DNA of 41,370 bases, taken from IMG/VR virus record IMGVR_UViG_3300045988_025431, positions 1 through 41,370 of that record, one strand, 5' to 3'. Source of the stretch: a virus. The position numbers and the translations under genes were made by a program. Shown in pieces: positions 8,601-16,719 of the stretch (its first letter is position 1; every line of letters begins with the position of its first letter). Under the pieces are notes generated by a model. That model was not told where the DNA came from. It saw nothing but the letters and a program-made list of their open reading frames with translations, and ran no database searches.

Positions 8601-10619
8601 AACGTCGCTGCCGTTGATCTGGCCGTTGGCCTGCCCGCTCAGCACCTGATCTACCATCCGCGTCCGCACGCCCAGTGCCTTTGAAACAGTGTTTACCTCG
8701 TCGGCAACGGTGCTGTCCATTTCACGGGAAACATAATCGTCAAACACAAGGCCGCTGTCCGTTCCGGCGGTCTTGGCAAACTGCGCCGCCCGCTTTTCTC
8801 TTGCAAGAGACGCTGCCGCGTCATTCTGCCCTGCCGCATACGCCGCAAAGGATACCGCGCTGGTGCTGTTTGGATTCTTCTGGTTGGTCATGCCTGCGTG
8901 ATACGCCCGCAGAAATTCCCCAGCGTAGTCACCACGGTCCGTCCCCTGATACGCCGTCTGAAACGCCTTCCTGCCGCTGTCCCCCAGCTTGTCTGCAATA
9001 CCGGTAAAGGTTTTCTGCACGGCGGCTTCTCGCTGCCGCAAAACCTGTTCCTCCATGGAAACGGGATTGCTCACTGTTTGCCGCTGGACGGCTTCCTGAA
9101 TGGCCCTCTGCGCGCTTTCCTGTGGGACCTGTGCGTCCATTTGTGCGGGGGTGGTACGTGTACCCTCCTGAACGTCTGCGCGCTCCTGTACGCCCTGCTG
9201 TGCGTCCTGCTGTGTGGCCTGCTGTGTGGCCTGAGTGGAGTATTTATTTGTGCGGTAAATGTTTGCGCTATCAAGTACAGTAGACGGTAATCCAGCTACG
9301 CCAAAAGACAATGCTGCCGATGCCGCCGTATCTTTTAACCGGTCAATAACTTCTCCACTGGAATATGCCCACTGCCCGTTATCAGTCTTATTTGCAATCT
9401 GTGCGCCAGCAATAGTACTGCCTTCCTGCAAAACTTCCTGTAAAGTTTCATTCCCTAAAGAAAGAGACCGATCAATCAAATATTGGCTTAGTCTTTTGGA
9501 GGCGTTTCCCGTAAGTGGGTTGTTCTTCAAAATTTGTACGGACTTTGCCAGTTCGTCTAATTGGAGTGCTTCCAGCCCTGCATTAACGCCGCCAACAATG
9601 GCTGCAACGTTTCGTGCGGTCTTTTCGGACACACCATTTTCCAACATTTCATTATAAGCAAGCCCCGCTTCGATCTCATAATTCTTTTCCGCGGAAGCAA
9701 TTTTGAGGCCCGTCATAAAAGCGGTTGGAACTGTAACCACTTCTTCAGGAACAAGCGCCTGCGGGCCTGCTTGCCCCGCAATAGCCGCACCCGTTGCCGC
9801 CGTTGTTCCCGCTGCCAATGCCGTCGGGTTCGTCATCTGGTATACCTGTTGCCCCAGTAATGCGGCTGCTCCGGATATTGCTTCTGCCAGTTTTCCTTGC
9901 GGAACAAATTTATAATCTTCCCCCGCCAGAATATCTGCATACTTTTGTTTATCGGTTTTCCGCCCATTCATGCTTTTATAACTCTCTTCGCCATAGCGAG
10001 AATTATAATAGCCTTGCTTGGCGGAATTGATTAGCAAATCTTTAAGATCGGCCTCTCTATACCCCCCAGAAGCTAAAAGTTCTTTGTTTTTTGCTTCTTT
10101 TTGAGCTTCCGCCTGTTTTTCGATTTCGGCGGTCAATCTGGTGCGAGTAATATATTGCTTTTCAGTATCTTTAAGCTGTTTAGCATCGTACCGGCTATTG
10201 GGAGTTGCCGCGTTCCGGCTCACCTGCCCCAGCTGACCGGCATAAGAAGTCTGCCGAGACTGTGCATTTTCCGCAACGCGGCCCGGTGCCTTATTCTGCG
10301 TGGCAATCTCAAAGAAGGACTTTTTCTGTGCAGATGGCTTGTTCTTCCCGGCGTTCGTGGTGCTTTTTCTACCGCCATTGGTGGCCTTCCACTGCTGACG
10401 GCTGGGCGTAGTGCTGTTGCTGCGCGCCGGGCCTCGCACAGTAGGTTTTTGCGTCTGGGTTGGAGTCTTAACATCAGACAAATCCCCGCCCCACGCAGTC
10501 GTTACTTTTCTGAATACCGGCTTATCAGAGGAACGGGCAGTATTTGCCCGCTCCTCCTTGTTCTTTTTCTGGCTTTCCGCCGCAGTTGTGACTTTCCGAA
10601 ATACAGGCTTTGTCGCCAT
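2673..10619 (-). CDS. giant polyvalent virion/ejected protein (2648 aa) with a Zn-metallopeptidase HExxH motif
   Basis: Uninterrupted ORF with a TAAGGAGG RBS. HEWTH lies at residues 689-693 (8541-8555). A HPEMT...ILEYP nuclease-like module spans about residues 855-1000, and a YLTPAGTKLDFSG...DHRDIRD module about 1060-1200. It sits last in the ejection-protein position. Confidence 0.85.
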   Translation of the reverse strand: MATKPVFRKVTTAAESQKKNKEERANTARSSDKPVFRKVTTAWGGDLSDVKTPTQTQKPTVRGPARSNSTTPSRQQWKATNGGRKSTTNAGKNKPSAQKKSFFEIATQNKAPGRVAENAQSRQTSYAGQLGQVSRNAATPNSRYDAKQLKDTEKQYITRTRLTAEIEKQAEAQKEAKNKELLASGGYREADLKDLLINSAKQGYYNSRYGEESYKSMNGRKTDKQKYADILAGEDYKFVPQGKLAEAISGAAALLGQQVYQMTNPTALAAGTTAATGAAIAGQAGPQALVPEEVVTVPTAFMTGLKIASAEKNYEIEAGLAYNEMLENGVSEKTARNVAAIVGGVNAGLEALQLDELAKSVQILKNNPLTGNASKRLSQYLIDRSLSLGNETLQEVLQEGSTIAGAQIANKTDNGQWAYSSGEVIDRLKDTAASAALSFGVAGLPSTVLDSANIYRTNKYSTQATQQATQQDAQQGVQERADVQEGTRTTPAQMDAQVPQESAQRAIQEAVQRQTVSNPVSMEEQVLRQREAAVQKTFTGIADKLGDSGRKAFQTAYQGTDRGDYAGEFLRAYHAGMTNQKNPNSTSAVSFAAYAAGQNDAAASLAREKRAAQFAKTAGTDSGLVFDDYVSREMDSTVADEVNTVSKALGVRTRMVDQVLSGQANGQINGSDVLIAKDAADPALQVVGHEWTHRVQELAPEQYRAFRNAVTSMPDVQEAANILLDQYNRAGVETSYEQALDEATANYAGEMIANSDVLDDFIRKHSADRTLLQKLRDAIHEIVGKLTGRAKRQAQTVEGKLQAAFEAASKQAESLNSKNTATEDGEARYSLNKDFTRQFDAWVNDRDEKGNLKTGGYFKVGTTSEALKSIGVNDYQIYWDQSKIAKILSKHPEMTADVIKNVPQILEYPILVMQSQTVANRITIYGEVMDAEGSPVLVALELRPQDKRGEILDFAKIASAYGKRNAQNAINTSEILYVDPNKKRTDAWLEALRLQLPSGLTKYGSIGRITYVNRDVNGNLSFGEGSGKTAMQEAFEKAKEKTRYSLKDYSDAEQRDHRKKAIAFFGKTYNWNETGYLTPAGTKLDFSGKHEGGPGGYRTVDHRDIRDAIGEDYGGDDYSGSMVQFMSEGNIRISPESGGINLSVEPTKSQMDALSDFIGKNRGEVILDLDTPDGQTVSSTEYPRGTHSSKVLNDIKAYFKDGTKPHVSELAQFLSLKGTENAQEIAALKRENESLKERVEYWKGQTRRSQGVTTDRKSVQKAADALVKDYGAEISGSDIAGDLQSLYDYIASGKDGKDELTYAEARRRSDAIAERIAESAVEVDDRAFKEYAGLRKYLKDIKLTLTEADAAEITDFNEFRKSLFGKLKISKGEHTNVDQIYSELSSQYPEFFNEAQETNISDQVQRIADVANRLYKVTEYNPFEGYMGQAVASISNDIMDRFFDLPQTKKTFADRAAEQVQDARFQGRQAANDAFLAGQMAQGRQDAKRLRSTAQALAKERTRRAEQVQTLKERYREKDVTRRDNQKRRELRAKIVRHASALSQKLLRPTDNQHIPEDMRSAVAKVLESINQESSPNARSFTLDPVTGERIYKEPGTPTNRTVAFQNLKEQYQKIAQDGDMVVDPSLLGGDDVTGGFSEVIKMGDTRLADLTTEQLKTMWNVLKSVEHSVTTAGKTLASEKFETTKQFADALRMDGMTRRRKLGNNVAISLETPYTFFAHFGQTGKDIYRMLRNAQDHQEIMARDVAEKVHQILGDAKTGIRENAVTSMNEEVHHFTTTEGHELDLTTAQAMELYLLSERKQAEDHLLKGGIVQPEIKIPGKTKIPRGTDVIHLSAEDIQSIVRVLTPEQIRIADGLQKLTTGVLANYGNEASMKAYGYKKFTEQDYWPIKSAKEALHSSQEKDSGNVRSIKNIGMAQAVKPNAATPLSIRGVFDTFADHASDMIDYAAWLCPMEDANRLYNFQFRDSEGNLVQTVKGFLEEKGGQGSQQYWQKLMGDIQNGIKTKDFEPLTDKFAKGIGSFKGAAVGANVRVVIQQPTAFFRASAVLDPADMARGLTGGVTKGNGWEKALTHSPIAMRKDVGSFDISSPYTLNDRFYGKEGIANKINDKAGAPAGKADAVTWGALWNACEWQVKRERPNLRAGSGEFYSAVNEVFTDMIDQTQVVDGILQRSNIMRGKSDLAKQATSFMGEPIMSLNVFMRAWDNMRYEENPAKRSKAIKTVGRAAAALLVTDVVNALAQSIADAGRDDDPDKDYWEKFLTALTGITGDEKATKELLQHIVLEGNLGSNVNKLGSIPFVKDILSLTQGYSVSRTDMQVFSDIVSASKDFTASMGGSGKKTREEALANMFAACSKLFGLPVANIKRDAMAAVRTAVQATGSVALEYEFEKFTYNIYSTANKSRYLNLAFKALEQGDLTTYEHIRKELKDFMALDNSSVDSSMRSKLDKERENDEDFRLPDAAASLIGAKDRYGTGEGEDKFTENDLSSDDYIVYSRRKSALYSSMESGLEDSQVFRAFTDEQKDKALSSAETYAKKTALHETDKTYEITDKWVLKAQEAQKKYGIKPEIYVALKTQVSDLESVKDRNGETIPNSKGLLIMQAVYNMPGLSEKQRNALFEYLGVGKSIRHYNKALVNEKVRKNARLAGK

Positions 10620-10631
10620 GTGTCAGCCTCC

Positions 10632-12482
10632 TTACATCTGGAATCCGTAATTGGACGCAAGCTGTGTGACCTGCTTCTTCTGGGAATCGGAGAGATAATC
10701 CCAATACTCGTCAACAAACTTGTTCAGATTCTTTTCCGCATTAGCGGAGCTTTCCTCCGACAGGGAAATCATCAGGCTGTTGTACGCCCGGTTGAAATTC
10801 GATGCAGACGCGGGGTTGTTGTAGCCATAGGCGCTTTCCAGATAATCGTCGCTGTATCCCTCTTTGTGGAACGCATCCAGCACTTCCGGCGTAAAAATGC
10901 CCTGTTTGGCATTATCCTTTGCGACGCTCAGTTTCATGCCGCTATCCCCGCTTTTCTTGCTTCCACTGCTCTGACGTCCACTACTCCGACTGCCGCTCTG
11001 TGCCTTTGCCGTCTGAGCGATCTGATACGCCTGCCGCATCTTGTTAATCTGGCTGTCAGTGTAGCCCAGCGCCTTGTAGCCGGAGAAATCACCGTAGGCC
11101 GCAAGGTTGTCCGCCTGCTGAGCCAGCCGGTTATATTCGTCCTGAGACATGTTGTAGTCCCATTCCTTCTGCTTCCACTGATTGGCAAGTGCGTCCTGCG
11201 CCTGCTGATAGGCAAAATTCCGGTCCGTGTTCCACTGGTTCAGCTTGTCTCCGTACTCGCCGTACTCCCGGTTGTAAGCGTCGTTCAGAACACCCAGATT
11301 GTTCAGCTTGTCGCTGCGGTCCTGCTGGTACATTTCTTGCGCCGCCTGCTCCAGCTTGCTCATCCAGTCGTTGTATTCCTGATTGGCAACACTGGCCGCG
11401 TAGGAGGAAGCCAGACCGCCGGTGCGGGAGGACACCTGCCCCAGCAGATCGTTCATGCCCATCTCGCCGTTGGCGGCGTACTGGTCTTTCAGGGCAGCAT
11501 ACTGATCTCCCTGTTTCCAGTCCGCCAGATTGCTGTTGAGAATCTGGTCAATCAGCGCCCGCATTTCGGGATCGTAGGTATAGTCAAAGCTCGGCCTCCC
11601 GGCGTCGCTGGTGTTGAACCCGTTGTTGACCAGCCCCTGCAAAACGTCTGTGGGGGTGTATGTGCCGTTAAACTCGTCGTAAGACTTCACCAGTCCCGCT
11701 GCCTGCGCCAGCGGGGATGTGTCCGTACCCATCAGATAGCGGTAATACCCTGTCGAAGCGTCCTCCGGGTTGGTGGAAAGCCCTAACTGCGCCCGCCTGT
11801 CATTCACGCGGGATAACGCTCCGTTGTCTGTCACATAGCCGTTTTTGTCGATGCTGTAGCCGTACCCCGCCCGGATAGCGTTTGCCGCCTGGTTAGCCTG
11901 GTCCCCGGTGATTTTCCCCGCCTGCATCTGTGCCCGAATGTCCGCGATCTTCTGCTTATCTGCGGCGGAAAGCATCTCGTTGTCCGTCCATGCCCCGCTT
12001 TTGTTATAGCTGCCGTTCCCCGCGTTGATATCCTGATGTGGCGTATAATCCACTGTTCCTTTGGATGCCTTATAGGCATAACCGTTATTGTCGTAGAACA
12101 CGGTATATCCGTTAGAAACGGCATATCCGCCCGCTAGGTCAGGACGTCTGCTCATATCCGCGCCTACCTGATAGGTCACGCCGCCCTGCTTGTAATTCTT
12201 CTGCTGGGAATTGCTGGTCGGTACGCCGTAAATGCCTCCGCCGTTGTTGCTGCGGTCATACTCAATGCCGTTGTAGCTGCCCTTGGAACTGCCGCTGGAA
12301 GAACCGCCGTAGGTCTGGCTGTAGGTCTTATTGGAGCCAGTCATATTCGGTTCCTTGCCGCCGTAGCGGTCATTGATCTTGTTCTGCCGCTCCTGCGTCA
12401 ACTGTGCCCGTTCCGAAGAGGATAGGTCCGTCCGCTGCAATTCCTTGGAGTAGTCTTTGTTTTTGTCATAATATCCTGCCAT
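10632..12482 (-). CDS. internal virion / ejection-type protein (616 aa, low-complexity Gly/Ser/Asn/Tyr/Gln-rich)
   Basis: Track ORF whose start overlaps the stop of the upstream gene. The position follows the needle-like gene, as in P22-type gene order. Confidence 0.55.
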   Translation of the reverse strand: MAGYYDKNKDYSKELQRTDLSSSERAQLTQERQNKINDRYGGKEPNMTGSNKTYSQTYGGSSSGSSKGSYNGIEYDRSNNGGGIYGVPTSNSQQKNYKQGGVTYQVGADMSRRPDLAGGYAVSNGYTVFYDNNGYAYKASKGTVDYTPHQDINAGNGSYNKSGAWTDNEMLSAADKQKIADIRAQMQAGKITGDQANQAANAIRAGYGYSIDKNGYVTDNGALSRVNDRRAQLGLSTNPEDASTGYYRYLMGTDTSPLAQAAGLVKSYDEFNGTYTPTDVLQGLVNNGFNTSDAGRPSFDYTYDPEMRALIDQILNSNLADWKQGDQYAALKDQYAANGEMGMNDLLGQVSSRTGGLASSYAASVANQEYNDWMSKLEQAAQEMYQQDRSDKLNNLGVLNDAYNREYGEYGDKLNQWNTDRNFAYQQAQDALANQWKQKEWDYNMSQDEYNRLAQQADNLAAYGDFSGYKALGYTDSQINKMRQAYQIAQTAKAQSGSRSSGRQSSGSKKSGDSGMKLSVAKDNAKQGIFTPEVLDAFHKEGYSDDYLESAYGYNNPASASNFNRAYNSLMISLSEESSANAEKNLNKFVDEYWDYLSDSQKKQVTQLASNYGFQM

Positions 12483-12901
12483 CAGGTGGTCCCTCCTTTT
12501 GCTTCCAGCGCAGTGACGCGCTTGTCGATGTTCTGCACGGTGGTTTTAAGCGTAGCGACGTCCGATTGCAGAGTGCCCACAGAGGCTTGCAGCGCCGTCA
12601 CGTTCTGGCTCAATGTCTGTATGCTGTTATTCAGCCCGGAAACCGTTGTTTCCAAAGTGGTGATCTGCCCCTGCATCGCTGTGACGCTGGACTGCATGGC
12701 CTGCACGTTGTTCTGCAGCGCCGCCACGATCAGCACCATTTCCGCCGTACTGGTTCCTGCCGAAGACAGGGTGCGGGTGAGATTGGAATTGTTGAACTCC
12801 AGCCGCTCCCGCATATAGGAAATGTAGCTTTCCAGCGTCCGCAGGCTGCCAGCAGCGTCCTGCGGGTCCAGATGGTTCAATTCCTTGTCAAAAATCGCCA
12901 T
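12482..12901 (-). CDS. coiled-coil tail needle / fiber-like protein (139 aa)
   Basis: Track ORF with long heptad repeats (LQNNVQAMQSSVTAMQGQITTLETTVSGL...). It lies directly after the nozzle-like gene. Confidence 0.55.
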   Translation of the reverse strand: MAIFDKELNHLDPQDAAGSLRTLESYISYMRERLEFNNSNLTRTLSSAGTSTAEMVLIVAALQNNVQAMQSSVTAMQGQITTLETTVSGLNNSIQTLSQNVTALQASVGTLQSDVATLKTTVQNIDKRVTALEAKGGTT

Positions 12902-12902
12902 T

Positions 12903-14426
12903 CTACACCTCCGAACCCACCCGGAACCGCCGGATCATGCCAAGGATCGCGCACGCACCCTGCCCGGAAAGCCGTACCTCGTATTTGTCGCACCGTCTTG
13001 GCCGTACCGGAAGAAGCTGCGGGCCTTTCCCGTGAATCCCGCCAACCTTCTCCCATTTGCCATTGTCGCAGCGGACTTCCGCCTGAATCCACGCCTTCTC
13101 TCCCAGCTCAAACCGGAGATACAGGGAGGAATACACCTTTTTCCCCTCCATAGTTTCATAGAACGGGGTAAAGGTTGCGCTCCAATCAACGACTTCCGAA
13201 CCCTCGTCTGCGTCCAGCGCCCAAAGGGAACCGTCAGCGCCCAGCATATAAAGGAAGCTGTTGTACCGGCAGAAATCCAGAGCCTCCGTGTCATCCTCTT
13301 CCAGCCATACTCCCTGCTGGGTGTCATACACCAGAAGGTGCCACACGCCGCCGCTCTTGGCGGACATGTAGTAGTTTTTGCCGTCCGTCCCGCTAACGGC
13401 ATCTGTAAACCGCTTGGCTCCGAACGTCTGCGACACCAGTGACGGCGTACCGCCGGAATAGGCGTACACCCCGTCCGGCCCCTTGTAAAAGAGAACGTCA
13501 TTGATGACCTGCATGCTCTTGAAGCTGCCCTCCTGCACGCCGGTAATGTCCGAGGTGTAGAGGGCGTATTCCGCAGGGTAGCTGCCCAGAATCTTGTGCA
13601 GCAGGTTTTCCTTCCAGAAAAGCACGGAGGAACTCAGCTTGCAGCACCCGGTAAAATTCCCAGCAGAGCCCACCGCCAGTGCGTAGGAATCCGTGGAGAT
13701 CCCCTGATACACGAAAAAGTTTTTCGGATCGCCTAAAGAGGACGCGTAAATAGTCTTGTTGGCGTTGCTTACGCCCCAAAGCCGGTTCTCACTCTCGCAG
13801 ATGAAATCCAGATCCGGTATCTTCCGCTCGATTTTCATAGTCCCCGCTTCCGTGCAGGCAACCAGCACGTTTGCGGAGAATGTCAGTTTGTCTCCATCCA
13901 CGGCTTTGATGACGATATCCTTGTTGTTTTCCTTTTTTGTGGTGCAGCCGGAGATCGTGATCCCGTCCCCGGCAGAGAATTTGGAGGAAAGCCCTGCCCC
14001 CGTCATGGTGATGCTGTCCGTGGTCACAACGGCGTTGGCCTTTTCAGCACTGGCTCCCAGCTCGTGCAGCGTGGACGTGTTCAGGTCCAGATATTTTTTG
14101 TCCGGCCAGATCACCAGCTTTGTGTTGACCACGGCAAACTGCTTTTCCCCTGCCGTCACTGTTCCAACCACATTGCCGTCATAGATCAGGCTCGTGCCGT
14201 CCACCACCACCAGCTTATTCCATGCGGTCACGGCGGTAGGGGACACATAGTCCCCCACCGGCAGCCGCCGCAGCCGTGTAGACAGATAGGGATACCTGCG
14301 GGTAGAGAGGTTCCGGCAGGCAGAAAAATTGCCGTCCGTAAAGTTGTCGGAGAAATTGATCCCCAAAAACTCTACGATCTGCTGTTTCGTTTTCTGCTCT
14401 GCGTATTTCAGACTTGGAAGATACAT
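12903..14426 (-). CDS. tail hub / nozzle-like structural protein (507 aa)
   Basis: Track ORF. The size and position (adaptor, this gene, then coiled-coil needle) parallel the P22 gp4-gp10-gp26 order. The C-terminal half is rich in beta-propeller-like strand repeats. Confidence 0.5.
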   Translation of the reverse strand: MYLPSLKYAEQKTKQQIVEFLGINFSDNFTDGNFSACRNLSTRRYPYLSTRLRRLPVGDYVSPTAVTAWNKLVVVDGTSLIYDGNVVGTVTAGEKQFAVVNTKLVIWPDKKYLDLNTSTLHELGASAEKANAVVTTDSITMTGAGLSSKFSAGDGITISGCTTKKENNKDIVIKAVDGDKLTFSANVLVACTEAGTMKIERKIPDLDFICESENRLWGVSNANKTIYASSLGDPKNFFVYQGISTDSYALAVGSAGNFTGCCKLSSSVLFWKENLLHKILGSYPAEYALYTSDITGVQEGSFKSMQVINDVLFYKGPDGVYAYSGGTPSLVSQTFGAKRFTDAVSGTDGKNYYMSAKSGGVWHLLVYDTQQGVWLEEDDTEALDFCRYNSFLYMLGADGSLWALDADEGSEVVDWSATFTPFYETMEGKKVYSSLYLRFELGEKAWIQAEVRCDNGKWEKVGGIHGKGPQLLPVRPRRCDKYEVRLSGQGACAILGMIRRFRVGSEV

Positions 14427-14435
14427 AGCCCCTCC

Positions 14436-14798
14436 TTACATGGTCTTGAACCAATTCCCGTCCGCTGCCGGTCGGTTCGTCCGCCGGTAATAGCTCCGGT
14501 ATTCCTGCATGGCGCTGTTGAACACGGCCATGTCATTGGTGTACAGTTCTGTTTCCCGATTGTACAAATCGATCATAGCGATCACATACAAATGATACAG
14601 GCGGTCATACGGATGGGGCACCAGCAGGCTTGTGTTGGCATCCTCCGGCCACGAATAAGATACCGGGTCCGTTTTCAGCAGCTCCACGCTCAACTGCCCG
14701 TCCAATTCAGAGAGCCAGCCCGTGATCTGTTCATCCGTGTAGAGGTCAGGCCGTACCGCCTGTGTCTGGGCGATGACCTCTGAAATGGTTTTGTTCAT
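14436..14798 (-). CDS. head-tail adaptor/connector-like protein (120 aa)
   Basis: Track ORF. The call rests on size, position and an aromatic-rich helical core (YDRLYHLYVIAMIDLYNRE). Confidence 0.4.
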   Translation of the reverse strand: MNKTISEVIAQTQAVRPDLYTDEQITGWLSELDGQLSVELLKTDPVSYSWPEDANTSLLVPHPYDRLYHLYVIAMIDLYNRETELYTNDMAVFNSAMQEYRSYYRRTNRPAADGNWFKTM

Positions 14799-14807
14799 AG
14801 TGTCTCC

Positions 14808-15833
14808 TTATCCGTTCCAGTCGGCCCGGGTCTCCCTCACATCAATATGCGTAAAGCCCTTCTGACTGTATACGCCCACGCCGCCCCAATCGGGCATCAG
14901 CTGTCTGGCGTAGGCCGCCACCGCTGCCGGGGTCTGTCCCCGCACGGTGATGTCCGCCGCCGTGCCGTAGCAGTGCTGGCTGTGGGCCACGCCGCCGACC
15001 TTGGTATTGTACTGTGGCGTCCGATACCCACTGTTGATGGTCACAGCCGCGCCGAAGTGACTGCGGATGCTCTGCAAAACCATCACCAGCCGGGGGGCTA
15101 CCAGCACGGCATCGGAGCCGTCCTTGCAGGCAAATTCTTTCACTTTAAAATGGGTGGACAGCTTCTTGTTGCCGTCCATCGCCTTGGAATAGGCGTTGAT
15201 CTCTACCATGGGTTTCTCTCCTTCCGGTTCAAATGCGTCCCCGCTTTTCAGTTTCCAGACGAGGAAGAACGGGATCACCCGTCCGTCCCCGGTAAAGCCC
15301 TTGCCTGTCGAATCCATGAAGCAGGTAGACCCACCGCCGTCCATCATAATGGCATTGTCCCATCCGGACGCGGCCAGCAGGTTCCGGAGCTGTTCCGGCG
15401 ACCGCCGGACCTTGCTCACATAGTAGGCGAACCGCCCGTTCTTGGTGCCGATAGCTGTTCGTGGCGCACGGTAGCGCATATCCGCTCCGCAGTGGATGGG
15501 GTTGATCTTCTTCCCGCCGATGATGAGGTGGACACACTCCATGTAGTTCCGGTCCCCGTTTGGCACGGTTTTCACGCCGAAATCCCCCGGGGTGTCCCAG
15601 CTGATGGCCCACGCCCGGTAATTGGGGGCCTTGTAGACCTTACCGTCTGCCTTTAAATGGCAGGCCGGTGTCTGATTCCGCAGGAAAATGGAGCCATTGC
15701 AGATAGCGTCCCCGCCCGCCTCCGCCAGCATCTTCATCAGGTTGGCCGTGGTGGAGCGGAGACGCCGCTTATTGAAATAGATCTTCAAAAATTGGAGATC
15801 GGAGAGCGGGACGGTGCCCGCTCTCGTGCTCAT
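14808..15833 (-). CDS. two-domain endolysin: N-terminal phosphodiester-glycosidase-like domain plus C-terminal M15-type peptidase
   Basis: N-terminal motifs are RTAIG...MMDGGGST. The C-terminal motif is SGYRTPQYNTKVGGVAHSQHCYGTAADI. It lies immediately downstream of the holin with a 4-nt overlap. Confidence 0.8.
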   Translation of the reverse strand: MSTRAGTVPLSDLQFLKIYFNKRRLRSTTANLMKMLAEAGGDAICNGSIFLRNQTPACHLKADGKVYKAPNYRAWAISWDTPGDFGVKTVPNGDRNYMECVHLIIGGKKINPIHCGADMRYRAPRTAIGTKNGRFAYYVSKVRRSPEQLRNLLAASGWDNAIMMDGGGSTCFMDSTGKGFTGDGRVIPFFLVWKLKSGDAFEPEGEKPMVEINAYSKAMDGNKKLSTHFKVKEFACKDGSDAVLVAPRLVMVLQSIRSHFGAAVTINSGYRTPQYNTKVGGVAHSQHCYGTAADITVRGQTPAAVAAYARQLMPDWGGVGVYSQKGFTHIDVRETRADWNG

Positions 15834-16285
15834 GTGTGAGCCTCCGAATTCTGTTTTCCCTGATCGCTGGCCTGGCGGATGGCATCCAGCATATTCTTCA
15901 CAAAGGCGGGGTAGGGGACCCCCATCACTGCCGTATTCTCCAGAATCGACAGGCCCTCATTTGCAATAAAGAACATGCAAACAGCGTCCCGTACAAAATC
16001 GCTGGATGTGGCCTGATCCAATAATGCCCCCATCCAGACCAGCGCCAGCATCACGCACTTCTTCGCCAGCCCCTTGAACCCGGCGTCGGAACTCAGCGCC
16101 CCGGTGCCGCTCTTGCTGGACTTATGCCAGATGGCCGCTACCATCCATCCGGTGGCGTAGTCCAGCACCATGAAACAGATCAGCACTTTCAGCGCCATAT
16201 CCCAGCCCCCCAGAGCCTGGGCGATGGCGGAGCCAGCCGCAGCCAGCACCGCCAACACCGTATTTTTGATGTGTAAAGCGTTCAT
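15830..16285 (-). CDS. holin (phage_holin_4 / TcdE-like)
   Basis: Several TM segments and the motif FFIANEGLSILEN. The start was moved to ATG 16285, which follows an AAAGGAGGGG RBS. Confidence 0.8.
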   Translation of the reverse strand: MNALHIKNTVLAVLAAAGSAIAQALGGWDMALKVLICFMVLDYATGWMVAAIWHKSSKSGTGALSSDAGFKGLAKKCVMLALVWMGALLDQATSSDFVRDAVCMFFIANEGLSILENTAVMGVPYPAFVKNMLDAIRQASDQGKQNSEAHT

Positions 16286-16305
16286 AGTACCCCTCCTTTC
16301 GGTGG

Positions 16306-16626
16306 TCACACCCGCACGGCCTTCTCAGGATGACCGCCCTCATCCCAAGTAATATCGTAGGTGCCCTCCGGGGTCTCCACCCGCACGGTCTGACCGGCCT
16401 TCGTGACATCGTACCGCATATAATCATGCAGGTGCTTCACGTCCTCCGGCTCCTTCTCCGCCTGGTTGAAGCCCTCGGCCATCTCAGCCTCGGTCCAGTT
16501 GGCAACGCCGCCGTCGGAATTCAGGTGGAAGTTGGCACCGGCCTCTTTCAGCTCCTTGTTGATGGTCTCGATGGTCTTGCCGTTCTTCTTGCCCTCGTTG
16601 ATGATGTCAGCAAACTTCTTTTCCAT
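16306..16626 (-). CDS. hypothetical protein (106 aa)
   Basis: Track ORF trimmed to ATG 16626, which follows an AAAGGGG RBS. Confidence 0.55.
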   Translation of the reverse strand: MEKKFADIINEGKKNGKTIETINKELKEAGANFHLNSDGGVANWTEAEMAEGFNQAEKEPEDVKHLHDYMRYDVTKAGQTVRVETPEGTYDITWDEGGHPEKAVRV

Positions 16627-16719
16627 AATGTATACCCCTTTCATTTTTTACGGCTTAAACAGCCGATTTCATTCGTATCTGTGGGACCTGCCGGAGGATT
16701 TGCCCCCGGCTTTTTCCCG

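Noticed and set aside
16645-16719. Small hairpins with downstream T-runs on the plus strand between paralog 3 and gene 16306..16626
   Set aside because: The stems are only 5 bp with mismatches and there is no associated promoter. The evidence is too weak to call a terminator or RNA.
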